Assembly: GCA_965612975.1 (NCBI GenBank) | Contig: CBFDTP010000001.1 | Span: forward strand, 1 to 57,480 | Source: an uncultured Dehalococcoidia bacterium | GTDB taxonomy: Bacteria; Chloroflexota; Dehalococcoidia; SZUA-161; SpSt-899 | Direction of reading: 5' to 3' | DNA length: 57,480 nt | Part shown: positions 8,543-18,316 of the stretch, piece by piece | How the letters are laid out: every line of letters begins with the position of its first letter | Numbering within the stretch: the first letter of the stretch is position 1 | Position numbers and translations under genes: made by a program | The notes under the pieces: model-generated | Told to the model about the DNA's origin: nothing | The model's database searches: none | The model's input: the letters and a program-made list of their open reading frames with translations, nothing else

Positions 8543-9641
8543 CTAGCCCTTTGAGGTCAGCTTAAGGTAAGCCTTAAGCAAGTCGTCAATTTCGCCATCG
8601 AGCACGGCGAAGGCATCGGTAGTCTCATATCCGGTGCGGTGATCCTTGACCAGTTTATAGGGATGGAGAACGTAACTCCGTATCTGGTTGCCCCACTCCG
8701 CCGAAATTCGCTCCCCCTTAAGCTTTGCCAGTTCCTCGGCTTTCTTCTCCAGCTCGTGCTTGAGCAGCCGCGAGAGCAGCACCTTCATCGCCCTTTCCTT
8801 ATTCCTGGCCTGGGAACGCTCGCTTTGACAGGAGGCCTGTATCCCGGTAGGCAGGTGGGTAAGACGTACCGCAGAGCTGGTCTTCTGCATATGTTGTCCG
8901 CCCGGGCCGCTTGACCGAAAGGTCTCAACCTTGATGTCCTCGGGATTTATCTGTAGCTCGACCTCGCTCTCTACCTTGGGAACCACCTCCACCAGGGCAA
9001 AGGAGGTGTGGCGAGCGTGGTCGGCATCGAAGGGGGAAAGTCGGACCAGCCGGTGTACCCCGTGCTCACCCTTAAGGTACCCGTAGGCGTAATCCCCGGC
9101 GATGTCCACCAGAGCACTCTTGATGCCGGCTTCCTCCCCGGGAGAAAGCTCCAGTATCTCGGCGCGGTACCCCCGTTTTTCAGCCCATCTTAGGTACATG
9201 CGCAGGAGCATCTGGGCCCAGTCCTGGGACTCCGTTCCCCCGGCGCCCGCATGTACGCCGAGGATGGCTCCTCGTCTTTCATATTCCCCTCTGAAGGCTT
9301 CCCTCAGCTCAAGGTTCTCCAGTTCACGCTCCAGTTTCTCCAGCTCAGCAGCTATTTCAGAGCTAAGGGAATCATCCCCCTCGGTCAGGGCCAGCTCAAC
9401 GAGCTCGCTCAGGCTTTTGCATCTGGCTTCCAAGCTGCGCCAGGTTTCTATCACCTCCTTCAGCTCGGAGAGCTGACGCATGACTTCCCTGGCCCTGACC
9501 TGATCCTGCCAGAAATCAGGGCGAGAGGATTCAAGCTCAAGCGCTGAGATCTCCCTTTCCCTGGCTGGCAGGTCAAAGATGCACCATCCGCTCAGCCAGA
9601 TGTCTTTCCAGTTCCTCAATTCGCTTCTTCAACCCCTGCAT
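8543..9641 (-). CDS. prfB: peptide chain release factor 2, requiring a programmed +1 frameshift
   Basis: Frame 0 reads MQGLKKRIEELERHLAERMVHL then TGA. Frame +1 continues DLPAREREISALE... and contains SPF and GGQ (SGPGGQHMQKTSSAVRL). Confidence 0.92.
9572..9578 (-). other. prfB +1 frameshift site CTT TGA C
   Basis: Plus-strand gtcaaag at 9572-9578 is the reverse complement of CTTTGAC. The in-frame TGA is at 9573-9575. Confidence 0.9.
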
Positions 9642-9649
9642 TTCTCTCC

Positions 9650-10360
9650 TTAAAGGTCGAAGCTGAGCTGGACTTCACCAGTAGTTCGTGGCGGCTCCAG
9701 CCTTCCAGAAGCTGCCAGGTGAGCCAGCCTGGTCGGCTCCGGAAGGCGGTGCCCCCGGCAGCAGTTCAGGGTCCACTTCAGGGCCGACTCGAGGTCGACC
9801 TTGTGGCCGATGGAAATATAGAGCGGCTTGGAATCACGCTTTGTCCGCAGAACTGCCCCGATCACCTCACCCTGGTCAATGAGCTCAACCCAGTCCCCCA
9901 ACTCGGGTCCCACCTCCTCATGTTGCCCGCAGAGCCTCGACTTGGCACAGCCGATGGTGGGCTTATCCAGAATAACCCCCAGGTGGGAGGCCAGCCCAAA
10001 CCTTCGCGGGTGGGCCAATCCCTGACCATCCACCAGGATCAGATCCGGGTCCATCTTTAGCTCTTCACAGGCTGCCAGAATAAGTGGGGACTCTCGGAAG
10101 GAAAGCAATCCCGGGATGTAGGGGAAGTTTACCTTCCGCCGCACCACTCGACCTCCTACCAGCTCCAGCCCGGGATAACTCAAGATGACCACTGCTGCCC
10201 GGGCCACTCCCTCCCTGTTGGGGGCCGAGATATCCACCCCCGCCACCAGGCGAACTTCACCAATTCTGCTCTCTCGCAGGACTTTGGCTGCCAGTCGGCG
10301 CTGAATTTGCTCCGCCTGTGCTGGTGTAACCTTCCAGTCGTGCAGGGCAGTGAACTTCAT
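9650..10360 (-). CDS. nfi: endonuclease V
   Basis: VAGVDIS..., FPYIPGLLSFRE and LILVDGQGLAHPRRFGLASHLG motifs. Confidence 0.9.
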   Translation of the reverse strand: MKFTALHDWKVTPAQAEQIQRRLAAKVLRESRIGEVRLVAGVDISAPNREGVARAAVVILSYPGLELVGGRVVRRKVNFPYIPGLLSFRESPLILAACEELKMDPDLILVDGQGLAHPRRFGLASHLGVILDKPTIGCAKSRLCGQHEEVGPELGDWVELIDQGEVIGAVLRTKRDSKPLYISIGHKVDLESALKWTLNCCRGHRLPEPTRLAHLAASGRLEPPRTTGEVQLSFDL

Positions 10361-10369
10361 CTGACCTGG

Positions 10370-10942
10370 TCAAGTTCCGAAAAAGCAGCGCACCACGTCA
10401 AATTCCTTCGGAAGGAGGTGAAGCAGGGAGGGAAAGGTGCGCAGGAAAAATCCAGCGAGCTTGGAGTTTTCGATGGCAGCGGTGACCTCCTGACGAACTT
10501 GAACCACCGCTCGCCAGTTTTCCAGCCAGGCCCCGATTCCCTCACCGGTCGGCAGATTTGCTGGAAGGGCTATATAACGGGCCAGAAGGTAGGTCAGAGC
10601 TCCGGCGGCAATCCAGCCAATCAGGAGTCCGACAAGAAGCCCGCCCAGCCGGTCTAACCATCCCAGTGTCAGGAGTTGGAGGAATTTGCGGGCAAAAATT
10701 CCCAGAATTGATACCCCAATTAAAACCGCAAGGAAGATGAGGATGAAGGCCACGATCCGGGAGAGATTCTCCCCCTCAATGAAGGTGAGCCCCCTGGCCA
10801 GGGCAGCATGAAACTGTCCAGCCAGGAAGACGCCCAGCACAAGCCCTATCAGGGGAAAGACCATCCTAATCAGGCCCCTGAAGAGGCCTACCAGGGCGAG
10901 GATGACCCAGATGGCCAGCAGAGTTAAGTCCAGCCAATTCAC
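10370..10942 (-). CDS. CvpA-family membrane protein
   Basis: MNWLDLTLLAI...GLFRGLIR N-terminus and four hydrophobic helices. Confidence 0.75.
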   Translation of the reverse strand: MNWLDLTLLAIWVILALVGLFRGLIRMVFPLIGLVLGVFLAGQFHAALARGLTFIEGENLSRIVAFILIFLAVLIGVSILGIFARKFLQLLTLGWLDRLGGLLVGLLIGWIAAGALTYLLARYIALPANLPTGEGIGAWLENWRAVVQVRQEVTAAIENSKLAGFFLRTFPSLLHLLPKEFDVVRCFFGT

Positions 10943-11061
10943 GCCTTTATTTTAATCATCCCCACCTCCCAATTTCAAATGTTCTCATCGGGGAAGCAAA
11001 ATTTCCCTCAAAGGGTTAAAATTATAGAGGTCGTTGGAATTGAACATCCTGGAGGAGAAGC

Positions 11062-13512
11062 ATGGCTGAAATAGGAACTATAAAACCGGTGAGCCTGGAG
11101 GAGGAGGTAAAAAGCTCCTATCTCGATTACGCAATGAGCGTGATCGTCTCCCGGGCTCTGCCGGATGTTCGGGATGGGCTGAAGCCGGTACAGCGCCGAA
11201 TACTTTATGGCATGCATCAGCTGGGCTTGAGCTATAATGCCCCCTACAAGAAGAGTGCTCGCATCGTCGGTGAGGTGCTGGGTAAATACCACCCTCATGG
11301 CGATGCCCCGGTGTATGAGGCCATGGTACGAATGGCCCAGGACTTCTCCATGAGATATCCCCTCATTGATGGACAGGGTAACTTCGGGAGCTTGGATAAC
11401 GATCCCCCGGCGGCCATGCGCTACACCGAGGCCAGGCTAGCACGAATCGCCGAGGAGATGCTAGCTGAGATCGACAAAGACGTGGTGGACTTCGTTCCCA
11501 ACTTTGATGCCTCGGCCACCGAGCCGGTGGTCCTGCCAGCTCGTTTCCCCAACCTGCTCCTGAATGGGGCAGCCGGGATCGCTGTCGGCATGGCCACCAA
11601 CATCCCTCCGCACAACCTCGGCGAGATCTGCGAGGCCATCGTTCACCTCATTGACCACCCGGAGGCCACCGTCAGCGACCTGATGAATTTGATACCCGGC
11701 CCGGACTTCCCCGGGGGAGCTCTCATTCTGGGGAAGGAGGGAATCAAGAACGCCTACGCCACGGGCCGGGGAAAGATCGTGCTGCAGGCTCAGACCAAGC
11801 TCGAGGAGGTCAGCAAGGGGAGATACCGAATCGTGGTCACCGAGCTGCCCTACCAGGTGAACAAGGCTGCCCTGGTGGAGCGCATCGCCGAGCTGGTTCG
11901 CAATAAGCGAATTGACGGCATTGCCGAAATACGGGATGAATCGGACCGGGAGGGAATAAGGATCGTCATTGAGCTGAGGAAAGATAGCCAGCCTCGCCAG
12001 GTGTTGAACAACCTCTACAAATACACCGCCATGCGCTCCGCCTTCTTCGTCAACATGCTGGCCTTGATCGATGGCCAGCCGAGGCTGGTTAACCTGAAGA
12101 CCGCCCTCCAACAGTTCATCAAGTTCCGGCGACAGGTCATCACCCGCCGCTCTCAATTTGAGCTTCGCAAGGCTCGTGATCGGGCTCACATCCTCGAGGG
12201 TCTGATGATCGCCCTGAATAACCTGGATGAGGTCATAGCCCTCATCAGAGCCTCCAGAACTCCGGAGCAGGCGAGGGAAGGCCTCATGAAGCAGTACCAA
12301 CTCTCTCAGGCCCAGGCCCAGGCCATTTTGGAGATGCAGCTACGCCGCCTCGCTCATCTGGAGCGACAGAAGGTCGAGGAAGAGTACACCTCCTTGCTCA
12401 AGAACATAGCCTATCTGGAAGACCTTCTGGCCAATCCCCGAAAAATTGACTTTTTAATCAGGGAGGAAACCCTCGAGCTGAAGTCGAAATATGCTGATGA
12501 GCGGCGAACGAAGATCAGCGAGGAGGAAGCGGAGGAATTCAGCGCCGAGGATCTGATTCCCCACCAGCCCATGGTGATCATCCTCAGCCGGAGGGGCTAC
12601 ATCAAGAGATTGCCGACCGAGGCTTACCGCATACAGCGCCGTGGGGGGAGGGGAGTGACTGGGGTGACCGTTCGGGAGGCCGACGACGTAAGACACATCA
12701 TCGTGGCGGACACTCACGATGAACTGCTGTTCTTCACCAATCGAGGCCGAGTATTCAAGCTTAAGTGCCATCGGGTGCCCCAGGAGACCTCCCGAGCCTC
12801 GAAGGGTATCCCCCTGGTGAACTTGATCTCCATTCAGCCCGGGGAGCAGATAACCGCGCTCATGCCGGTGGAGGATTTTTCCCAGGGATTTGCCGTCTTG
12901 GCCACTGCCAGGGGAGAGGTGAAGAAATCGGAGCTCAAGAACTTCGCCGCAGTACGCTCCAGTGGCGTGATTGCCATGGATTTGGAGAAGGATGACGAGC
13001 TGGTCTCCGCCGTTGCCGCTCAGGATGAGGAAGAGATCATCCTGGTTACCCAAAATGGGCAGTCGATCAGATTTAGGGTCGCCGCACTTCGGGCCGCCTC
13101 ACGAACCAGCGGTGGGGTAAGGGGCATAAGGCTGGGCTCAGGTGACCAGGTGGTGGCTTTGGAGGTAGTTCAGCCGAAGGCCTTGCTCTTTACCATCACC
13201 GCCAACGGCTTCGGTAAACTGACCCCCATCGAGGAATACCGCCGACAGGGGCGGGGAGGGAGTGGGATGAGAGCTCATCGAATAAGCTCCAAGACCGGGC
13301 CGGTGGTGGATGCTGCGGTTGTCTTCCCCTCTCATGAGCTGGTGATTACCACCAGAGAGGGGACGGTGCTGCGGACGCTCACCAAGGAGGTGCCCATCCA
13401 GAGGCGGAATGCCCAGGGCGTAAGGATGATGAAATTGGCAAGCTCAGATGAGGTGGCCTCCGTGGCTTATCTTAGCCGAAAGCGCAACAGCCCACGGGAG
13501 GAACTGGGTTGA
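11062..13512 (+). CDS. gyrA: DNA gyrase subunit A
   Basis: [27 protein letters not shown] and [10 protein letters not shown] motifs. C-terminal beta-pinwheel repeats. Confidence 0.97.
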   Translation: MAEIGTIKPVSLEEEVKSSYLDYAMSVIVSRALPDVRDGLKPVQRRILYGMHQLGLSYNAPYKKSARIVGEVLGKYHPHGDAPVYEAMVRMAQDFSMRYPLIDGQGNFGSLDNDPPAAMRYTEARLARIAEEMLAEIDKDVVDFVPNFDASATEPVVLPARFPNLLLNGAAGIAVGMATNIPPHNLGEICEAIVHLIDHPEATVSDLMNLIPGPDFPGGALILGKEGIKNAYATGRGKIVLQAQTKLEEVSKGRYRIVVTELPYQVNKAALVERIAELVRNKRIDGIAEIRDESDREGIRIVIELRKDSQPRQVLNNLYKYTAMRSAFFVNMLALIDGQPRLVNLKTALQQFIKFRRQVITRRSQFELRKARDRAHILEGLMIALNNLDEVIALIRASRTPEQAREGLMKQYQLSQAQAQAILEMQLRRLAHLERQKVEEEYTSLLKNIAYLEDLLANPRKIDFLIREETLELKSKYADERRTKISEEEAEEFSAEDLIPHQPMVIILSRRGYIKRLPTEAYRIQRRGGRGVTGVTVREADDVRHIIVADTHDELLFFTNRGRVFKLKCHRVPQETSRASKGIPLVNLISIQPGEQITALMPVEDFSQGFAVLATARGEVKKSELKNFAAVRSSGVIAMDLEKDDELVSAVAAQDEEEIILVTQNGQSIRFRVAALRAASRTSGGVRGIRLGSGDQVVALEVVQPKALLFTITANGFGKLTPIEEYRRQGRGGSGMRAHRISSKTGPVVDAAVVFPSHELVITTREGTVLRTLTKEVPIQRRNAQGVRMMKLASSDEVASVAYLSRKRNSPREELG

Positions 13513-14102
13513 CCTTTCTTCAGGAGCTGGGCCTCTCCTTTGTGCCCCTCTTTGTAGCTACCGACGCCGTGGGGACGCTGCCCTTCATCTTGGCCTTGAC
13601 CCAGAACATGACGGAGGCTGAGCGGGTTAGAACCATCCGCTATGCCACGATTACCGGACTTGGGCTGGGCTTGGCCTTCATTGCCATAGGCAAAGGGGTG
13701 TTCCTCTTTCTAGGGGTTCGCATGGCCGACTTCCTCATTGCCGGAGGGCTTCTGCTGCTGATCTTGGCGGTAAGACACCTGCTCACCGGCCGGATGGTGG
13801 ACATCGAGCCGGGGCGCGGCGAGATAGTAGGCGTTGTTCCCTTGGGAACCCCTCTGGTCGTGGGGCCAGCCGTTCTCACTACCCTGCTCCTTCTGGTGAA
13901 CCGCTATTCTCTCTGGGTAGTACTTCCATCCTTTGTGCTCAACTTGGTCATTGCCTACCTTATTCTCTCCCGGGCCAACTGGATAGCAAACCTTCTGCGC
14001 GAGGGTGGGGTAAGGGCCACCTCCCAGATAGCCAGCTTGCTTCTGGCAGCCATCGCGGTAATGCTCATTCGACAAGGAGTAGTGGAGGTCCTGGGAATGT
14101 GA
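13509..14102 (+). CDS. MarC-family (UPF0056) membrane protein
   Basis: [21 protein letters not shown]-terminus, six TM helices. The TTG start overlaps the gyrA stop (TTGA). Confidence 0.75.
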   Translation: MTFLQELGLSFVPLFVATDAVGTLPFILALTQNMTEAERVRTIRYATITGLGLGLAFIAIGKGVFLFLGVRMADFLIAGGLLLLILAVRHLLTGRMVDIEPGRGEIVGVVPLGTPLVVGPAVLTTLLLLVNRYSLWVVLPSFVLNLVIAYLILSRANWIANLLREGGVRATSQIASLLLAAIAVMLIRQGVVEVLGM

Positions 14103-15547
14103 GAGCCTTCCTCGAACCCAAGGCCTGGCGACCGGCAGCAGTCCTTGTCCTTCTGATCCTGCTGGCAGGGGCTGAATTCCGGCCAGCATTCCCCTCCAGC
14201 CCTCCATCGGATTTAGAGGAGCTAAAGCGCGAGGCGGAGAGGGTTCTCGAGATAAATCAGGTAACTCAAGAGCGGCCCTGCAGCGGGGTAGCTCAGGAAG
14301 TCACCTACCATGTCCCTTACCTCCACCCGATGGGGAATCCTCCCCTGCCGGGCTTCCTCCATCCCCTCTGGAGGGCATGGTGGTACTTCTCGGAGCCCTG
14401 GAGGGTGAGGTATCCCCATCAGTTCTTCTGGGATTCCTGCTCTCAGGCCATTGCCCTCTCCCACATTGATCCTGGACTGGCGAAAGAGGAAATCAGAAGT
14501 TTACTCTGTGCTCAGGATGAGGATGGCTTCATCCCCCATCAAATCTGGAATCCGGAGCGGATGCACTGGCTTGATCACCTATTAAAGCGAGGCTACTCCC
14601 GGGAGTCCGGGTCTCCCTTCCTCCAGCCCCCTATGCTGGCCGAGGCAGTGGAACGGGTGTACCTCTATAGTCGAGACCTCAGCTTTCTGAAGGAGGTTCT
14701 TCCCAAGGTAAAGAAATACTACCGCTATATTGAGCGCACTCGCTGCCGTGGCCCAGATGGACTTCCGGAGATCATCATCTCCTACGAATCCGGCAAGGAC
14801 CGCAGTCCGGAGTACGACTTGGTCTACGGCGAGTCCAACGCCATCCCCGCCTGGCGGGGCCCGATGGCTAAGCTGATCTGGCATTACTGGAAGCTAGGAT
14901 GGAACCTGGAGAAGATCTTTGCCAGCAATAGATTCCGGGTAAAGGACGTGCTCTTCTGCTCCGTCTACGCCAGAAACCTCGCCTCGCTCGGCCGCCTCGG
15001 TGAACTTGCCGGTGACCCGGAGGCCGAGGTCTTCCAGAAGAAAGCCCGACAGGTTAAGCAGTCCATAGAGCGGAAGATGTGGGATGAGGAAGCCGGGCTT
15101 TTCTTCAGCCTCGACGCTCGCTGGGACAGGGATGAGAAGATAAGGGTGGTTACCATCTCCTCGTTGATGCCCCTCGCTATGTGTGATCTCAGCCAGGACA
15201 AGGTGGAGAGGCTGGTGGAACATCTCACTAACCCGGAGGAGTTCTGGGCCTCCTATCCGGTTCCGGCCATCCCCCTGAACTCCTCGATCGAGGAACCCAA
15301 GGGACACATCGTCTGGCGGGGGAGGCAGACCTGGATGTACACCAACTGGTTCCTGATCGAAGGTCTCCAAGAGCAAGCTCGGCGCTGGCATAACCCGAGG
15401 TATGAGAAAATAGCCGAGGAACTGGTTCGGCGAACTCTCGAGCTCGTAAGCCGGAGTGGGTTTCGGGAATATTATGATGCCCGAACGGGAGAGGGAGGGG
15501 GAGCCCCGGAGTTCAGCCCCTCCACCATCATCCTGGACCTCTTATAG
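14099..15547 (+). CDS. secreted six-hairpin glycoside hydrolase (GH63/GDE_C-like, possibly a glycosyl-glycerate or trehalase-type hydrolase)
   Basis: FFWDSCSQAIALSHIDP...DEDGFIPHQIW and a C-terminal FREYYDARTGEG motif typical of (alpha/alpha)6 glycosidases. N-terminal signal or anchor. Family assignment is by eye only. Confidence 0.55.
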   Translation: MRAFLEPKAWRPAAVLVLLILLAGAEFRPAFPSSPPSDLEELKREAERVLEINQVTQERPCSGVAQEVTYHVPYLHPMGNPPLPGFLHPLWRAWWYFSEPWRVRYPHQFFWDSCSQAIALSHIDPGLAKEEIRSLLCAQDEDGFIPHQIWNPERMHWLDHLLKRGYSRESGSPFLQPPMLAEAVERVYLYSRDLSFLKEVLPKVKKYYRYIERTRCRGPDGLPEIIISYESGKDRSPEYDLVYGESNAIPAWRGPMAKLIWHYWKLGWNLEKIFASNRFRVKDVLFCSVYARNLASLGRLGELAGDPEAEVFQKKARQVKQSIERKMWDEEAGLFFSLDARWDRDEKIRVVTISSLMPLAMCDLSQDKVERLVEHLTNPEEFWASYPVPAIPLNSSIEEPKGHIVWRGRQTWMYTNWFLIEGLQEQARRWHNPRYEKIAEELVRRTLELVSRSGFREYYDARTGEGGGAPEFSPSTIILDLL

Positions 15548-15551
15548 GAAA

Positions 15552-15580
15552 AGGGGCGACTTCCGTCAGAAGTCGCCCCT
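15552..15580. terminator. bidirectional intrinsic terminator between convergent genes
   Basis: Perfect 12-bp stem aggggcgacttc / gaagtcgcccct with a 5-nt loop, followed by gagtttt. Confidence 0.75.
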
Positions 15581-15602
15581 GAGTTTTGACAAGCTTTCCC
15601 GG

Positions 15603-16550
15603 TTATTCCTCAGCTTCAGCTTCCGATGCCGGAGGCAGGATTATGACCAGCTTAGCCGTTGGAGCCTCGTCAACCCTTTTGCCGATAACCACTAGCTTAT
15701 CCCCCACCTCAATATCCTCCTGGCTGGCCTCTTGGAGGCCTTCATCGGTCCGGGCCTTATATTTGGTATCCTCAGTCAGGGCTATGTTGACCTCTCCCCT
15801 CTTCGTGCTCAGGGTGAGGGACTCAGCGCCGATGGCAACCACCTCTCCGTGGAGGGCGTGATGTCGGAGGTGATGCCGCAGCAGGCGCTTCTTCAAAAAC
15901 CCTTTGGGATGCTTTGCTCCTCCGGGCGCGACGATCACTAGCTGGGCGGTGAAGACATCATCAGTCTTCTTCCCCAGGACCACCACCCGATCCCCTTCGC
16001 TGATATCCTCCAGGCTGCCCTCTTCGCCCCTTATGCGGTATTTGGTCTCGTTGGTTAACATTATGTCAATCTGCCCCCTGGGGGTCTCGAGGGTGAGGCT
16101 ATTCTCGCCAATATGGACCACCTTCCCCGGGATGGCGTGACGCCTGAGCTGATGTAGCTTTGCGCGCCAGCATTTTCTGACCTTTGGTGGTACCACTACC
16201 AGCTTAGCCGTAGGCACCCCATCTATCTTTTCGCCAAAAACTGCCACCTTATCTCCTACCTGAAGATCAGCCAGGCTGCCTTCCTTCCCTCTTATCCGAT
16301 ACTTTGTATCCTCATTTACCTTGACCTCAACGCTTCCCCACCAGGCCTCCGCGGTGAAGGAATCCTCGCCCACCGCGGCAATCTTCCCCAGGAGAGGGGC
16401 TTGCTTAGGGACCGGACCCTTCCCCGGGGCTGGGGGTGGGACTGTCTCAGAGTTACCCGGCTCGTCTTGAGCGAGGACGGGAAGCGTCCCTCCCAAGATG
16501 AGTCCTATGAGTATCACTGCGGTTCCTACCAGCAACAAAGCCTTCTTCAC
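15603..16550 (-). CDS. secreted protein made of three tandem ~90-aa DUF5666-like repeats
   Basis: GTG at 16550 has AAGGAGG 6 nt upstream and gives the signal peptide MKKALLLVGTAVILIGL. There are three repeats of the form G-K/E-V-V-x-I-G-E-x-S-L-T-L-x-T...TKYRIRG...GD-x-V-V-V-x-G. Confidence 0.75.
   Translation of the reverse strand: MKKALLLVGTAVILIGLILGGTLPVLAQDEPGNSETVPPPAPGKGPVPKQAPLLGKIAAVGEDSFTAEAWWGSVEVKVNEDTKYRIRGKEGSLADLQVGDKVAVFGEKIDGVPTAKLVVVPPKVRKCWRAKLHQLRRHAIPGKVVHIGENSLTLETPRGQIDIMLTNETKYRIRGEEGSLEDISEGDRVVVLGKKTDDVFTAQLVIVAPGGAKHPKGFLKKRLLRHHLRHHALHGEVVAIGAESLTLSTKRGEVNIALTEDTKYKARTDEGLQEASQEDIEVGDKLVVIGKRVDEAPTAKLVIILPPASEAEAEE
15632..16388 (-). repeat. three in-frame coding repeats (periods about 87 and 93 codons)
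   Basis: Repeat units start at residues 64, 151 and 244 of the ORF-track protein. Coordinates are approximate. Confidence 0.7.
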
Positions 16551-16585
16551 GGCGCACCTCCTTAATTTGTTTTCCATTTATATAA

Positions 16586-16616
16586 CGAAAAAGCCGGGGA
16601 TTGGTTATCCCCGGCT
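16586..16616 (-). terminator. intrinsic terminator after the anti-sigma gene
   Basis: 9-bp stem agccgggga / tccccggct with a 7-nt loop, followed on the minus strand by TTTTT. Confidence 0.65.
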
Positions 16617-16644
16617 CTTCAGCAACTTATTTAGTCCGATTGAT

Positions 16645-17664
16645 TCAGGGCTTCCTGTCCCGGGGTCTCCAGGGCCTGGCTCTCACCTCTATCCTCTTGG
16701 CCTTCAGCGAGCCATCCGGCTGAACCTCCACCTCCACCCTGGCCCAGCACCCCACCTTCGGTTGTCCCTTGATAACCGTCTCGGGGGTGATGTTTATCAC
16801 CCGACCACCCACTATCCAGAGGGTATCGGTCAGGCTTCGGATGAAGCCCCGGACTACCCTTACCTTTCCGATAGGCCATTTCTCGAGCGTGGTTTCCCCT
16901 GGTGGGACTTCGCCAACAGCCCTCATAGCCCGAGCATATCTTTCCGCCGACATTCGAAGGGCCTGAAGGATCAACGGCCTGGCCTTCGGGGGCACGCGTG
17001 GCAGGGCCTTCTGCAGTGCAGCCGGGTGTCTGGCAGCGTAGCTGGTCAGCAGGGCCTTTAGTTCAGCCAGATCCCGATCCTTGATCTTCTTCCTCAGCGC
17101 CTGAGCTTCGGCTATCTGGCCCATTTTCTCCAGATGCTCAGCCAGGCGCCGGGCCACCTCCTCGGCCTTGGTCAATTTGCCCCTCTGGGCCATCTGGGAG
17201 AGCTCGGCGACCCTTCGGTCGGCAAACTTGGCTTCCAGTTTGGCTCGGCTTACCGGTGAGAAGGCAAAGGCGAGCTGCACTCGCTCGGTGGCCAGCTTGA
17301 CCGGGTAGAGCGGCTGGTCCGGCAGGCTATTGACCGAGGCAGCTACCGTGCTGCCTCCGGCCAAGAGAAGAACCAGGAGGAACGATAGGGCCAAGGCCCA
17401 GCGGGGCGACCAGCGGAGGAGGGGTAACCACCCTCGCCTAGGCTTAGGAGCGGGGATCTTACTCAGGAGCTGTTGCCGAAGTTCGGCTTTGAATTCTGGC
17501 CGCGGCTGCACCCGGAAGTGCGCTGCCGTGCTCGAAGCTGCCCGGAGCAGGGGCTCGAGCCTGTCCGCCAGCTCGGCGTGGTCCGCGAGGCATTGTTCAA
17601 TGCTCTCGCCGGCCAGCACCCGGCTGAGACATTCGTCCAAGATGTCTTCAAATCTCCTTGCCAT
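16645..17664 (-). CDS. anti-sigma factor-like membrane protein (DUF5667-type N-terminus, one TM helix, DUF5666-like C-terminus)
   Basis: Overlaps the stop of the ECF sigma gene. FEDILDECLSRVLAGESIEQCL N-terminus, TM segment WALALSFLLVLLLAGG. ATG at 17664 follows a GAGG RBS. Confidence 0.65.
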   Translation of the reverse strand: MARRFEDILDECLSRVLAGESIEQCLADHAELADRLEPLLRAASSTAAHFRVQPRPEFKAELRQQLLSKIPAPKPRRGWLPLLRWSPRWALALSFLLVLLLAGGSTVAASVNSLPDQPLYPVKLATERVQLAFAFSPVSRAKLEAKFADRRVAELSQMAQRGKLTKAEEVARRLAEHLEKMGQIAEAQALRKKIKDRDLAELKALLTSYAARHPAALQKALPRVPPKARPLILQALRMSAERYARAMRAVGEVPPGETTLEKWPIGKVRVVRGFIRSLTDTLWIVGGRVINITPETVIKGQPKVGCWARVEVEVQPDGSLKAKRIEVRARPWRPRDRKP

Positions 17665-18196
17665 GTTCGCCTGCCTCAAGCTTTTTGCGCAGAGCCACCA
17701 GAGCGCTGTGCTGGAGTGCCTTTATGGCCCCTTCACTCTTGCCCATGACCTTGGCCACCTCGGCAGTGGAAAGCCCGCCGGAGAAGCGGAGGCTCACCAC
17801 CTCCCGCTGCAGTGGAGTGAGTTCCTCCAGAAGCTCTGCCAGCTGGGCCAGTTCCATCTCCCGCTCCACCGCTGCCGCTGGGTCGGACTCGGCCGGGGCC
17901 AGGTCAGCAGTGGGAGAACTCCTGAACTTGGTTGCCTTCCTCATATAATCCACCACCCGGTTATGAGCAATTCGAAAAAGCCAGGAGGAGAAGGGAACCC
18001 CCCTCCACCTGTAGGAAGGAAGAGCCTCAAGGGCGGCCAGAAAAACCTGTTGAGTCAAATCCTCCGCCTCTGCCTGGTCTCTTATCCGCACGAAAATATA
18101 GCGGTAAATGCCTTCGAAGTGCTCCTCATAGAGTACGGCAAAGGCCTCTCGGTCGCCTTGCTGGGCCCGTCTTACCAGTTCCTTCTCTCGTTGCAC
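17648..18196 (-). CDS. ECF-type RNA polymerase sigma-70 factor
   Basis: Region 2 (FAVLYEEHFEGIYRYIFVRI...DLTQQVFL) and region 4 (LTPLQREVVSLRFSGGLSTAEVAKVMGKSEGAIKALQH). GTG start. Confidence 0.9.
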   Translation of the reverse strand: MQREKELVRRAQQGDREAFAVLYEEHFEGIYRYIFVRIRDQAEAEDLTQQVFLAALEALPSYRWRGVPFSSWLFRIAHNRVVDYMRKATKFRSSPTADLAPAESDPAAAVEREMELAQLAELLEELTPLQREVVSLRFSGGLSTAEVAKVMGKSEGAIKALQHSALVALRKKLEAGEHGKEI

Positions 18197-18316
18197 TCGA
18201 TAGCCCCAGGTGGCGAATCGATCATTCCTTTGCCTTAATTATATAACGAAAAAAACGCCCGGAGGATAGGAGGCGAACTCAATTGCTTGGGAGCGACCTT
18301 GGCTATATGATAGAAT

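Noticed and set aside
15632-16388. Checked whether the periodic repeats here could be a CRISPR array or a non-coding tandem repeat.
   Set aside because: The repeats are roughly 270 nt long, diverged, in frame and encode a repeated protein domain. No short repeat-spacer structure exists here or anywhere else in the window.
17330-18238. 302-aa plus-strand ORF across the sigma and anti-sigma genes. Similar long antisense or alternative-frame ORFs occur at 425-1036, 3234-3716, 11461-12300, 19742-20572, 21994-22860, 23428-24195, 24937-25656, 32960-33832, 38412-39167 and 54330-55277.
   Set aside because: All of these lie opposite or out of frame to genes with unmistakable family motifs. Their translations are Pro/Arg/Gly/Ser-rich low-complexity sequence, as expected for shadow ORFs in GC-rich DNA. 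None has a convincing RBS.
16578-18300. Tried to assign the shared CGTTATATAA element as a canonical ECF promoter (AAC-N16-CGT) for both transcription units.
   Set aside because: Only the copy upstream of the repeat-protein gene has an AAC at the right distance. The copy upstream of the sigma gene does not. The promoter interpretation is therefore left open.
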